A stretch of DNA of 64,000 nt, from assembly GCA_963607545.1 (NCBI GenBank), contig CAVDCP010000012.1, positions 432-64,431 of the forward strand, written 5' to 3'. Both the position numbers and the translations under genes were made by a program. The notes beneath the pieces were generated by a model, which made no database searches, was not told the origin of the DNA, and saw nothing but the letters and a program-made list of their open reading frames with translations. Position 1 is the first letter of the stretch. The number at the start of each line of letters is the position of its first letter. Of the stretch, positions 9,919-18,563 are shown piece by piece. The stretch is from a bacterium (GTDB taxonomy: Bacteria > Bacteroidota > Bacteroidia > Bacteroidales > Bacteroidaceae).

Positions 9919-11493
9919 CTATTTTGTTTCTATCTCCTCTTTCATGTCAATGAACTGGCGTTTGCTGTCGTAGAATTCATATTGCAGGAAAGCCAGTTTC
10001 TGCGACGGTATTACATGCACGCCAAAACCGTATTTCAGTTGCCATTTACGCTTCAACGATATAGCCCCCTTGTTTATATATGCAGCCACATAGGGATGCA
10101 CATGAAGATAGAATTTCTTCACACCGATTTTGTTCACGAGACGGTCGATTTTGCTTTCAAGCTGGTCGGTAAATATTATACTCGACTTGATTTTCCCGCT
10201 TCCGAAACATGTAGGACACGTTTCCTCTACATTCACATCCATTGCAGGACGCACACGCTGACGTGTAATCTGCATAAGACCAAACTTGCTCAGCGGCAAG
10301 ATATTGTGGCGTGCACGGTCTTTCTGCATATTTTTGCACATCCGCTCATAAAGCAGCTGACGGTCTTCCGCCAGATTCATGTCGATGAAGTCCACGACAA
10401 TGATTCCGCCCATATCACGCAGACGCAGTTGTCGCGCCAATTCATCGGCAGCCCCCAGATTCACGTCCAGAGCATTGGCCTCCTGACCATTGTCTGAATG
10501 CGAGCGGTTACCGCTGTTGACATCCACCACATGCAATGCCTCGGTATGCTCTATTATAAGATATGCGCCGTGTTTGTAGTTTACCGTTTTGCCGAATCCC
10601 GACTTTATCTGTTTCGAGATATTGAAATTGTCGAAAATCGGCACATTGCCATTATACAGTTTTACTATACCGGCCTTGTCGGGAGCTATGAGAGAAACAT
10701 AGTGCTTCACTTCCTTGTAAACGCTCTCATCGTTTACATATATGTTTTCGTATGTCGGGTTAAACAGGTCGCGCAGCAGTGCCACTGCCCTACCCGTCTC
10801 CTCAAAAATCAGCTGCGGGCGCTTTTGGGTCTTCTGCACCTTTACCAAGGCATCCTCCCAACGCTTTGTCAGCACCTTGAGTTCTGTGTCAAGTTCGGCC
10901 ACGCGTTTGCCCTCTGCCACGGTGCGCACTATCACGCCGCAGTTTTTGGGTTTTATGCTGTTTATAAGTTGTTTCAGGCGTGCCCTTTCCTCACCGCTTT
11001 TAATCTTCGAGGAAACCGACACTTTGTCGCCGAACGGTATGAGTACGAGATAACGCCCCGCAAAACTCAGTTCGCCCGTAAGGCGCGGCCCTTTTGTCGA
11101 AATGGGCTCTTTTACAATCTGCACAAGCACTTCCTGCCCCACGGTGAGGGTGTTTTGCACGCTTCCGTCCTTCTTAAGGTCGGGCAAGCGCGAGGCTTTT
11201 GCAAAAGGATAGAGTTTTTTTCTGTCACTTTGCACCTGACGGAGATATTTCTCGTAAGATGTAAAATGAGTCCCCAAATCCAAATAATGAAGGAATGCGT
11301 CACGCTCAAAACCCACATCAACAAAGCTGGCATTGAGCCCAGGCATCAGTTTTTTGACTTTTGCAATATAGATGTTGCCAACAGAAAAAGACGCCGATTT
11401 CGGCTCGCATTGATATTCCACCAATTTCTTGTCTTCCAACAATGCTATGGCAATCTCTTTATCCTGAACGTCAATAACAACTTCGCTGGTCAT
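9919..11493 (-). CDS. rng: Rne/Rng family ribonuclease
   Basis: S1 domain (VGNIY, FVDVG), KEPISTKGPRLT, VDVNSG, LRDMGGIIVVDFIDM, CPTC; start MTSEVV at 11493 preferred. Confidence 0.93.
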   Translation of the reverse strand: MTSEVVIDVQDKEIAIALLEDKKLVEYQCEPKSASFSVGNIYIAKVKKLMPGLNASFVDVGFERDAFLHYLDLGTHFTSYEKYLRQVQSDRKKLYPFAKASRLPDLKKDGSVQNTLTVGQEVLVQIVKEPISTKGPRLTGELSFAGRYLVLIPFGDKVSVSSKIKSGEERARLKQLINSIKPKNCGVIVRTVAEGKRVAELDTELKVLTKRWEDALVKVQKTQKRPQLIFEETGRAVALLRDLFNPTYENIYVNDESVYKEVKHYVSLIAPDKAGIVKLYNGNVPIFDNFNISKQIKSGFGKTVNYKHGAYLIIEHTEALHVVDVNSGNRSHSDNGQEANALDVNLGAADELARQLRLRDMGGIIVVDFIDMNLAEDRQLLYERMCKNMQKDRARHNILPLSKFGLMQITRQRVRPAMDVNVEETCPTCFGSGKIKSSIIFTDQLESKIDRLVNKIGVKKFYLHVHPYVAAYINKGAISLKRKWQLKYGFGVHVIPSQKLAFLQYEFYDSKRQFIDMKEEIETK

Positions 11494-11597
11494 TTCTCTC
11501 CTGTCATTAATTGTAGAAACAATCCGCAACCTGCCCATCAGGGCCGTTTTCGGACTGTAAATTTATAATTGTTTATATTTGCCTTTCATTTGCAGAA

Positions 11598-11651
11598 AAA
11601 TGGGGCGTGCCAAAATCCTCAGTGGATGTCTTCTTTGACGCGCCCCCATTT
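11598..11651 (-). terminator. Hairpin between the small basic ORF and rng
   Basis: AAATGGGGCGTG...CGCGCCCCCATTT with T-run on minus strand. Confidence 0.55.
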
Positions 11652-11674
11652 GGAACAGACCATAACGGCAAGTG

Positions 11675-11764
11675 TTACTTGCTCTTGTGTCTGTTCTTTC
11701 TCAGTCTCTTTTTACGCTTGTGCGTAGCCATCTTATGTCCCTTTTTCTTCTTTCCGTTTGGCAT
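11675..11764 (-). CDS. Small basic ribosomal protein bS22 (AURKAIP1/COX24-like), 29 aa
   Basis: Not in track; MPNGKKKKGHKMATHKRKKRLRKNRHKSK*. Confidence 0.85.
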   Translation of the reverse strand: MPNGKKKKGHKMATHKRKKRLRKNRHKSK

Positions 11765-11830
11765 AACTTTTAAAATTTTATTTGTTAAATATGTTAATAT
11801 ATCCAATCCTCACGAATTTGCATGCCTGTA

Positions 11831-12124
11831 TTAGCCCTGCATGGTGGCTTTCTTCATCTCCTCGATGAAGCTCTTCGACGGCTTGAAGCTCGGCTGGTCG
11901 TGTGCCTCAATCTTCATTGTCGTCTTAGCCGTAATATTTCTGGCAGTCTTGGCTGCACGGTGCTTGATAATGAAGCTACCGAAGCCACGCAGGTAAACAT
12001 TGTCCTTATTCTGCAACAGGCTGTTCTTGACAGTTTCCATAAAAGCCTCCACTACACAGAGCACATCCTTTTTCTGAAGCCCGGTATTCTCGGCTATTTC
12101 ATTTATGATATCTGCTTTTGTCAT
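11831..12124 (-). CDS. HU/IHF family DNA-binding protein
   Basis: MTKADII, VYLRGFGSF, RAAKTARNI, PSFKPSK. Confidence 0.95.
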   Translation of the reverse strand: MTKADIINEIAENTGLQKKDVLCVVEAFMETVKNSLLQNKDNVYLRGFGSFIIKHRAAKTARNITAKTTMKIEAHDQPSFKPSKSFIEEMKKATMQG

Positions 12125-12390
12125 CTTATTATATTTGTTAAAATTCTTGTCTGAGTTTCCCCTAAATCATTATGACGTGCAAAGATACAAGTTTTTCGGC
12201 TTATATGAAAATATATCTGTGTTTTTTTTGAAAATGCACAACAGCACACATAATATATTATTATACATCCCGTTTATTTCAGCCACATCACGCCACACAA
12301 ACAGAGTGCCGCAAGCATCCAAATTGTTAACATTTACAAAAAACGGCTACACATTCACGGGGCAAATGCAGCTAAGCAAATAAAAAATAC

Positions 12391-12398
12391 TAACTTTG
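12391..12398 (+). promoter_or_regulatory. -7 promoter element for rpsP
   Basis: TAACTTTG about 55 nt upstream of the ATG. Confidence 0.6.
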
Positions 12399-12452
12399 CA
12401 CCCGCTATTACGAGTTAGTAGCACAATTCAAACCTAAAAGTTAAATTTTAAA

Positions 12453-12998
12453 ATGGCAACAAAAATCAGATTACAGCGCGGCGGTCGCAAGGGACAGGCT
12501 TTCTATCGCATCGTCATCGCTGACGCAAGAGCACCACGTGATGGTAGATTTACTGAGAAGATTGGTACTTACAACCCCAACACCAATCCTGCTACCGTAG
12601 ATTTGGATTTCGACCGTGCACTCTATTGGGTGGAAACAGGCGCACAGCCCACGGCAACAACCCGCAACCTGCTTAAAGGCGAGGGCGTTTACTTGATGAA
12701 GCACCTCCGCGGTGGTGTCAAGAAAGGCGCATTCGACGAGGCTACAGCCCAGAAGAAATTCGAGGCTTGGAAGGAGAGCAAGGAGAAAGGTTTCGAGGCT
12801 ATCCGCGAGAACGAGGCTAAGGCAAAGAAAGAAGCCGTAGCCAAAGAGCTTGAGGCCGAGAAGCAGAAGAACGAGGCCATTGCCAAGAAGGTGGCCGAGA
12901 AGAAAGCCGCTGAGGCAGCTGCCAAGGCTGAAGCAGAAGCTGCTCAGGCAGCCGAGGCTGAGAATGCAGAGGCAACAGAAACTCCTGCAGAGGCTTAA
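12453..12998 (+). CDS. rpsP: 30S ribosomal protein S16 with Ala/Glu/Lys-rich C-terminal tail
   Basis: [34 protein letters not shown]. Confidence 0.98.
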   Translation: MATKIRLQRGGRKGQAFYRIVIADARAPRDGRFTEKIGTYNPNTNPATVDLDFDRALYWVETGAQPTATTRNLLKGEGVYLMKHLRGGVKKGAFDEATAQKKFEAWKESKEKGFEAIRENEAKAKKEAVAKELEAEKQKNEAIAKKVAEKKAAEAAAKAEAEAAQAAEAENAEATETPAEA

Positions 12999-13018
12999 CA
13001 AACGACTATTCTTAAATC

Positions 13019-13059
13019 AAACGGGAGGAAAACAGTTCTTGTTTTCCTCCCGTTTTTTT
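13019..13059 (+). terminator. Rho-independent terminator after rpsP
   Basis: AAACGGGAGGAAAACA-loop-TGTTTTCCTCCCGTTT plus T-run. Confidence 0.85.
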
Positions 13060-13152
13060 GTCTGCATCAAGCAGCAGATTCCTTTCACAACGCACCTTGT
13101 GCCCAAACCCATTTGCGTTCACTCACAAGCTGCATTCTTTTGCCGACAAGAA

Positions 13153-13713
13153 TTATTCGCCAAAATATCTCTTGTACAGCCCCATGAAGCCTGCACAGTG
13201 GCGAGCCTCGTCTTTTGCCATTTCGTGCACAGTGTCGTGTGTGGCATCCATGCCTACGGCTTTAGCGTTCTTGGCAATACGGAACTTGTCTTCACAAGCG
13301 CCGCGCTCGGCAGCTATCCGAGCCTCGAGATTGCTTTTCGTGTCTTTCAGCACATCTCCCAACAGTTCGGCAAACTTGCTTGCATGTTCGGCCTCCTCAA
13401 AAGCATAACGCTTGAATGCCTCGGCTATTTCAGGATAGCCCTCACGGTCGGCCTGACGGCTCATGGCCAGATACATGCCCACCTCGCCGCACTCGCCGTT
13501 GAAGTGGTTTTCAAGGTCTTTTATCATCTCGTCGCTCGCGTCTTCCTTGCGCGCCGCACCGAGCACATGAACCGTGGCAAACGCAGGAGCATCGCCCATG
13601 TCTTCCATTTCCTTGAACTTGCTCTTTGGAGCCTTGCACACCGGGCACACCTCCGGGCATTCCGTTCCCTCATAGATGTAGCCGCATACCGTACAGATAA
13701 ATTTTTTCTTCAT
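13153..13713 (-). CDS. Reverse rubrerythrin / NADH peroxidase
   Basis: N-terminal rubredoxin CTVC...CPVC followed by diiron EAEH and EARH motifs. Confidence 0.92.
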   Translation of the reverse strand: MKKKFICTVCGYIYEGTECPEVCPVCKAPKSKFKEMEDMGDAPAFATVHVLGAARKEDASDEMIKDLENHFNGECGEVGMYLAMSRQADREGYPEIAEAFKRYAFEEAEHASKFAELLGDVLKDTKSNLEARIAAERGACEDKFRIAKNAKAVGMDATHDTVHEMAKDEARHCAGFMGLYKRYFGE

Positions 13714-13819
13714 AATGTTGTTGTTTAAAACGGTGATTCTATGAAATGGCCTCGTCTGGCCACATTATTATATTATTATATATATGTCATCTTGTTATGT
13801 CGCCGCACTACCCCATGAC

Positions 13820-14272
13820 TCATGCGGTTTCGCCATATCCGTTGCCGTCGGCACTACAAGCCTTGGCATTGCACTCTGCACAAACACCTTTGTAATACAA
13901 CTGCACATCGTCAACCACATTGTCGCCTATGCACCGTGGAGCCATTATCTTCTTCACATTGTCAAACACGTCAATCACCCTGCGGCAATTCTTGCAATAG
14001 AAATGTGCGTGCACGCTTATGTCGCCGTCATAGCACACCCGATGATCGTCTATTGTTATCATCTGCGCGGCTTTCTTCTCCGAAAACAACCGCAAGGTGT
14101 TATACACCGTAGTCCGGCTCAAAGTTGGAATCTCCGTACAAAGGGCACTATACACATCCTCAACCGTAGGGTGAGTGCGGTGGTCAAGCAGATACTGCAT
14201 GATTGCTATGCGCTGAACCGACGGCTTCACGCCGTGCTCCACCAGTCTGTTGTATGCCAAATCGTTTCTCAT
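13820..14272 (-). CDS. Fur family repressor, probably PerR-type
   Basis: HPTVEDVY, LSRTTVYNTL, HAHFYCKNC, CAEC; directly upstream of rubrerythrin. Confidence 0.9.
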   Translation of the reverse strand: MRNDLAYNRLVEHGVKPSVQRIAIMQYLLDHRTHPTVEDVYSALCTEIPTLSRTTVYNTLRLFSEKKAAQMITIDDHRVCYDGDISVHAHFYCKNCRRVIDVFDNVKKIMAPRCIGDNVVDDVQLYYKGVCAECNAKACSADGNGYGETA

Positions 14273-14429
14273 CGTTTTGTTTCGTCATGTTAAAATGCCA
14301 AGCCCTGCCGCATGTGTCCGCCGTTTCTCCGACAGACATCTGATGCACCTAACTTGCTTACGGCAATACCCTTCCGGCATCGCCTTGCCCGGATTATGCA
14401 GACATCTCTCAATTGTCCTCCGTCAATTG

Positions 14430-14437
14430 CAAAAGTA
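14430..14437 (-). promoter_or_regulatory. -7 promoter element for the Fur/PerR-rubrerythrin pair
   Basis: TACTTTTG on minus strand. Confidence 0.5.
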
Positions 14438-14494
14438 AAAAGATTATTCTTAACCTACAAGCAAATTTGTATTTTTTACATTTTTATTTTTATT

Positions 14495-14709
14495 CTATTT
14501 CAACTTTCGTTTTGTGCATTCCATGTTTCCGCGAAGGAAATTGCATAACCAAGAAAACACATATCGAGCTTTGTTCATAAGTCTTTGCTTTCAAATTGTA
14601 ATTCGGCGCAAAGATTCTTATTTCAAAAACAATGAGTATATTTTCCCTCCTATAACCTTGTGTTTATGCGGTCTTCAAGGATTGTTGAGGATTTTCGTGG
14701 ACAGTAGTG
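14495..14709 (-). mobile_element. Truncated left end of an IS4-family element (transposase N-terminal remnant)
   Basis: End-like CACTACTGTCCACGAAAAT (14709-14691), then ORF 14578-14495 MNKARYVFSWLCNFL..., resembling the MNxGKYVFxQLxxFL start of Bacteroidetes IS4 (DUF4372) transposases, stopping after 27 aa. Confidence 0.6.
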
Positions 14710-14918
14710 GTTTATCTTCATGTCAGACTGTTACTTCGACGATGCCTACATGTTCCGCAACTAAGCACACAAAAAAAGGCAAAAGCAAAGGCGAGAGAAG
14801 TCTCGTCTCGACTTGTGTTTAACGACCCACGAAATGATGATTGTTTTCCGTGGTGGAATTTGTTTGTGGCACGGATTGTCCTTAATGCGGCAAGAAACGG
14901 AGTTTTTTTGTGTAAAAC

Positions 14919-14954
14919 AGTTGTTTTCTTGCCGATATCGGCAAGAAAACAACT
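14919..14954. promoter_or_regulatory. Perfect 36-bp palindrome, candidate operator
   Basis: AGTTGTTTTCTTGCCGAT|ATCGGCAAGAAAACAACT with no loop, abutting the first TATCTTTG box. Confidence 0.7.
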
Positions 14955-15358
14955 ATCTTTGCATAAGATAGGCTACGCCTCAGCAATAAAAGCGAGCTTT
15001 ATTGCATTCGACTTGCACTATCTTTGCATAAGATAGGCTGCGCCTCAGCAATAAAAGCGAGCTTTATTGCATTCGGCTTGCACTATCTTTGCATAAGATA
15101 GGCTGCGCCTCAGCAATAAAAGCGAGCTTTATTGCATTCGGCTTGCACTATCTTTGCATAAGATAGGCTGCGCCTCAGCAATAAAAGCGAGCTTTATTGC
15201 ATTCGGCTTGCACTATCTTTGCATAAGATAGGCTGCGCCTCAGCAATAAAAGCGAGCTTTATTGCATTCGGCTTGCACTATCTTTGCATAAGATAGGCTG
15301 CGCCTCAGCAATAAAAGCGAGCTTTATTGCATTCGGCTTGCACTATCTTTGCATAAGA
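14952..15358 (+). repeat. Tandem array: six 65-bp units plus a 17-bp partial
   Basis: Unit ACTATCTTTGCATAAGATAGGCTGCGCCTCAGCAATAAAAGCGAGCTTTATTGCATTCGGCTTGC starts at 14952, 15017, 15082, 15147, 15212, 15277, partial at 15342; unit 1 has two G>A differences (14975, 15011). Confidence 0.97.
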
Positions 15359-15382
15359 CACTCATTTTTATGCCGATAAATT

Positions 15383-16270
15383 ATGGAACTGGTATCAACA
15401 AAAATATATGCTGAAGCGCATGGACTTTCAGAAAGGACTGTGCGAAATTATTGTGTTCAAGGTAAAATTGCCGGTGCGAAGTTGATTGGAAAAAATTGGA
15501 GTATTCCTGCTGATGCTCCTTTGCCGACAAGAAAGAATGCACAGGTAAAGATTTCTCCTCTTCTGCATATGTTGAGGGAGCAAAAAGAATGTAAACTGAG
15601 AGGGGGGATATATCATCGCACCCAAATTGACCTTACCTATAATTCCAATCATATAGAGGGTAGTAGACTGACAAAGGAACAGACCCGATATATTTTTGAA
15701 ACGAATACCATCGGCATCTCTGATGAAGCAATAAAGGTTGATGATATTATCGAAACAACAAATCACTTCCGTTGCATTGACTTTATTATTGACCATGCAA
15801 AAGAACCCCTTTCAGAGGCAATGATTAAACAACTGCATTGTTTATTGAAATCAGGAACTTCCGATGCATCCAAATCATGGTTTGCAGTGGGTGACTACAA
15901 GCGTTTACCAAATGAAGTAGGCGGCATTGAAACCGTCGAGCCGAAACTGGTTGGAAAGGCAATAAGAGAGTTGCTTAAAGAGTATAAAGGAAAAAAGAAA
16001 ATTTCTTTTGAAGACCTTCTTGACTTTCATCAGCGTTTTGAAACAATACACCCTTTTCAAGACGGAAACGGACGTGTGGGGCGACTGCTTATGTTTAAGG
16101 AATGTCTAAACCACAGCATTGTGCCTTTTATCATTACCGAAGAACTGAAGATGTTCTATTATCGAGGCTTACATGAGTGGAAACGTCTCCCAGAGTATCT
16201 TACAGATACTTGTCTCACGGCGCAAGACCATTACAAGGCTTTGCTGGATTACTTCAAGATAAAGTATTAA
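15383..16270 (+). CDS. Fic family protein with N-terminal helix-turn-helix (class II)
   Basis: HTH (YAEAHGLSERTVRNYC...WSIP), inhibitory motif SNHIEG, catalytic HPFQDGNGRVGR. Confidence 0.93.
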   Translation: MELVSTKIYAEAHGLSERTVRNYCVQGKIAGAKLIGKNWSIPADAPLPTRKNAQVKISPLLHMLREQKECKLRGGIYHRTQIDLTYNSNHIEGSRLTKEQTRYIFETNTIGISDEAIKVDDIIETTNHFRCIDFIIDHAKEPLSEAMIKQLHCLLKSGTSDASKSWFAVGDYKRLPNEVGGIETVEPKLVGKAIRELLKEYKGKKKISFEDLLDFHQRFETIHPFQDGNGRVGRLLMFKECLNHSIVPFIITEELKMFYYRGLHEWKRLPEYLTDTCLTAQDHYKALLDYFKIKY

Positions 16271-16360
16271 GGCACATCACCATATCTACCTACATCGCAA
16301 TAAATGTTGAACCTTTTCCTCATCGGTTATCTCCATACCTCTTGTCTTGAGCAGTTGTAC

Positions 16361-16418
16361 AAACTAAAAAGGTCTCCGTGTGACCTTTAGGGCATATGAA
16401 GACCTCTTTAGTTTTTTT
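16361..16418. terminator. Probable bidirectional terminator between fic and the convergent secreted-protein gene
   Basis: AAACTAAAAAGGTCT...AGACCTCTTTAGTTT with flanking A/T runs. Confidence 0.6.
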
Positions 16419-16434
16419 ATCTGACACCAACATC

Positions 16435-18471
16435 TCACTTTATCACCTTGCACCCGTTCACGATATAGATGCCGCGCGGCAATTTGTCAAACGGAGTATT
16501 GAGGCGCATGCCGTCAATGGTGTAAATGCCCTCGCCACGGGACACTTTGCTTTCAGCAGTTTTTATGCCGGAGGTTGTTCTGCTGATGACAACTGCGTCG
16601 TTTACCACATAGCCGTTCAGCATCAGTGAGCCATTGACGAAAGTTGCACCTGCGGGCGTTACCACTTCGCAGCCGTCAAGTGTTACCGCCATGAAATTGC
16701 ATATACTTCCGCTTGAGCCTTGGGCATATACGTTGCTGTTCTTGATGTTGAGAGTTGCGTCTATTTTGTTGCCCACGAGTCCATATTTGCCAGTAACGGT
16801 GAGGTCGATATTGCTGATGGTGCATCCTCCATGTTCGAATACATAAATGCCCCGGTTGCCATTAGATGTGATATTGAGTGACGGATATTCGGTCTCTTGT
16901 TTATTTGTAATCGTGATGTTTTTCCATGTCAGAATACCACACCCGGTTGCTGTTATTTTGCAATCCCCTTCTATCTCAATGGTCAATCCATTCAAGTTTA
17001 TGTTTAAAATGCCAACGCCTTCGCCGTCCGTGCTCCAAAGGTCGGCATCCTTCAGCAGCAGCGTTTTTGTTTCGGTATCGTAGGCGATTGTTCCGCTTCT
17101 CACGCCAGAGATTTGGGACAGGTTGTTTTTGTTTTCTTCGGTTATTTTCACGCCGCAAATGCTGACCGTGTAATATATCGGTTGTATCATAACATCTCCA
17201 GTCATTTCTTTACCGGTAGAAGTAGATATTAGCGTTCCACCTCTAAATCCCGTTCCTTCTGCACCGCAACAGTCAAGTGTTACCGATGCGAAGTTGTATA
17301 TAGAACCGCGCGTTCCGTTTATGTGCACATAGGAGTGGTAAATATACAGTGTAGAACTCGTGCCATCATCGCCTTGCAACCCTCGCGCGCCTGTTGTATT
17401 GAGACGCATTTTGTATATAGAGCACAACACATTCTTTGCCACGCCTATGGCGGCTTTGTTCGGAGAGTTAAGAGTAAGCGAAGATTCCGCTCCGATGCTT
17501 ACAAACGATGTGGTGTCACACAGATAAAAGCACACCCATTTGCTTGACGTCACTTTGCATTCACCTTCTACCTCGACAGTCAGTCCGGTTATGCTGTCAT
17601 TCACAATACATGCGGTTTCCGATTCTATCTCGACATCCTTCAGCAGTAGCGTTTTTGTTTCGGTATCGTAGGTAATCGTTCCGCTTTTCACGCCCTCTAT
17701 TTGGGATAGATTGTCCTTGTTTCCGGCGCTTATCTGTACGTCGCAAATTCTCAATCCATATTTTTCATAGGGAACGATGACCACTTCTTCGGTTACCTTT
17801 TCGCCGTTCTTTTTCAGCATTCCGTCTTCAAATGTCACGCCCTCGGGTTCGATGATTTTCACGTCGTTGAGCGTCAACGACTTTAAGTCTGTTATAGAAC
17901 CGTATATTCCTTTGGCGCGCACGGTGGAGTTGCTGATAGTGAGCGAAGTGTTGAAGCCTACTATTCCATACTCTCCGGTAGCGGTGAGATTGAGGTCGCT
18001 GATGTTATATTCGCCTTCATCCATAAAAACGCCTCCAAAATTTACCGAAGAAAGGTTGAGCGAAGATGTCCCTTGCCAGTACTCTCTCTTTTTTAGCGTG
18101 GTTGACTTCCGAAGGAGCATGCAATGTCCGTAGATGGATTTCATATTGCATTCTCCGCTCACCTCAATGGTAAGTCCTTCTATGCTTTCGTTTCTAATGC
18201 AACTGCCGTCGCTGGTTTCCAGCACGAGTTCTTTAATCAAGAGTTGTTTGGTATAGGGATAATAGGCAATGCTGCCTTTTTTCACACCTTCAATCACGGA
18301 GAGGTCGCTACAGTTGTCGTCGGTTACCTGTACGCCGCAAATCGTCAGACCATAGGTCGCGGCCCGTGTGGGGACGGTCAAAAACATGGCGAGCGTCATG
18401 GCAAGAAAGAGCAGCCGGCTTTTCAGTGCATGTTGTCTGCCAAAGACTATATATGTTGCTTTTTTCTTCAT
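16435..18471 (-). CDS. Secreted repeat protein (3 x ~196-aa beta-rich modules) with T9SS-type C-terminal signal
   Basis: Signal peptide ending VPTRA; modules begin YGLTICGVQVT / YGLRICDVQIS / YTVSICGVKIT; CTD SGIK...IYTIDGMRL...LPRGIYIVNGCKVIK; start uncertain (18471 or 18498). Confidence 0.8.
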   Translation of the reverse strand: MKKKATYIVFGRQHALKSRLLFLAMTLAMFLTVPTRAATYGLTICGVQVTDDNCSDLSVIEGVKKGSIAYYPYTKQLLIKELVLETSDGSCIRNESIEGLTIEVSGECNMKSIYGHCMLLRKSTTLKKREYWQGTSSLNLSSVNFGGVFMDEGEYNISDLNLTATGEYGIVGFNTSLTISNSTVRAKGIYGSITDLKSLTLNDVKIIEPEGVTFEDGMLKKNGEKVTEEVVIVPYEKYGLRICDVQISAGNKDNLSQIEGVKSGTITYDTETKTLLLKDVEIESETACIVNDSITGLTVEVEGECKVTSSKWVCFYLCDTTSFVSIGAESSLTLNSPNKAAIGVAKNVLCSIYKMRLNTTGARGLQGDDGTSSTLYIYHSYVHINGTRGSIYNFASVTLDCCGAEGTGFRGGTLISTSTGKEMTGDVMIQPIYYTVSICGVKITEENKNNLSQISGVRSGTIAYDTETKTLLLKDADLWSTDGEGVGILNINLNGLTIEIEGDCKITATGCGILTWKNITITNKQETEYPSLNITSNGNRGIYVFEHGGCTISNIDLTVTGKYGLVGNKIDATLNIKNSNVYAQGSSGSICNFMAVTLDGCEVVTPAGATFVNGSLMLNGYVVNDAVVISRTTSGIKTAESKVSRGEGIYTIDGMRLNTPFDKLPRGIYIVNGCKVIK

Positions 18472-18563
18472 AGCGTTATGTATTACCGTTTTGTTCAAAA
18501 GATAAAAACATTCAGCCCGAAGTCCATTTAAGCAATGAGGCTTCGGGCCTGTTTTTCAAAAAG

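Noticed and set aside
12770..12998. S16 low-complexity tail as a novel fusion
   Set aside because: Long Ala/Glu/Lys tails are usual for Bacteroidetes S16
13761..13786. Per/Fur box upstream of rubrerythrin
   Set aside because: The AT-rich TTATTATA repeat only loosely matches the consensus and cannot be told apart from low complexity
14952..15358. CRISPR array
   Set aside because: Units are contiguous and essentially identical with no unique spacers; no cas genes in the window
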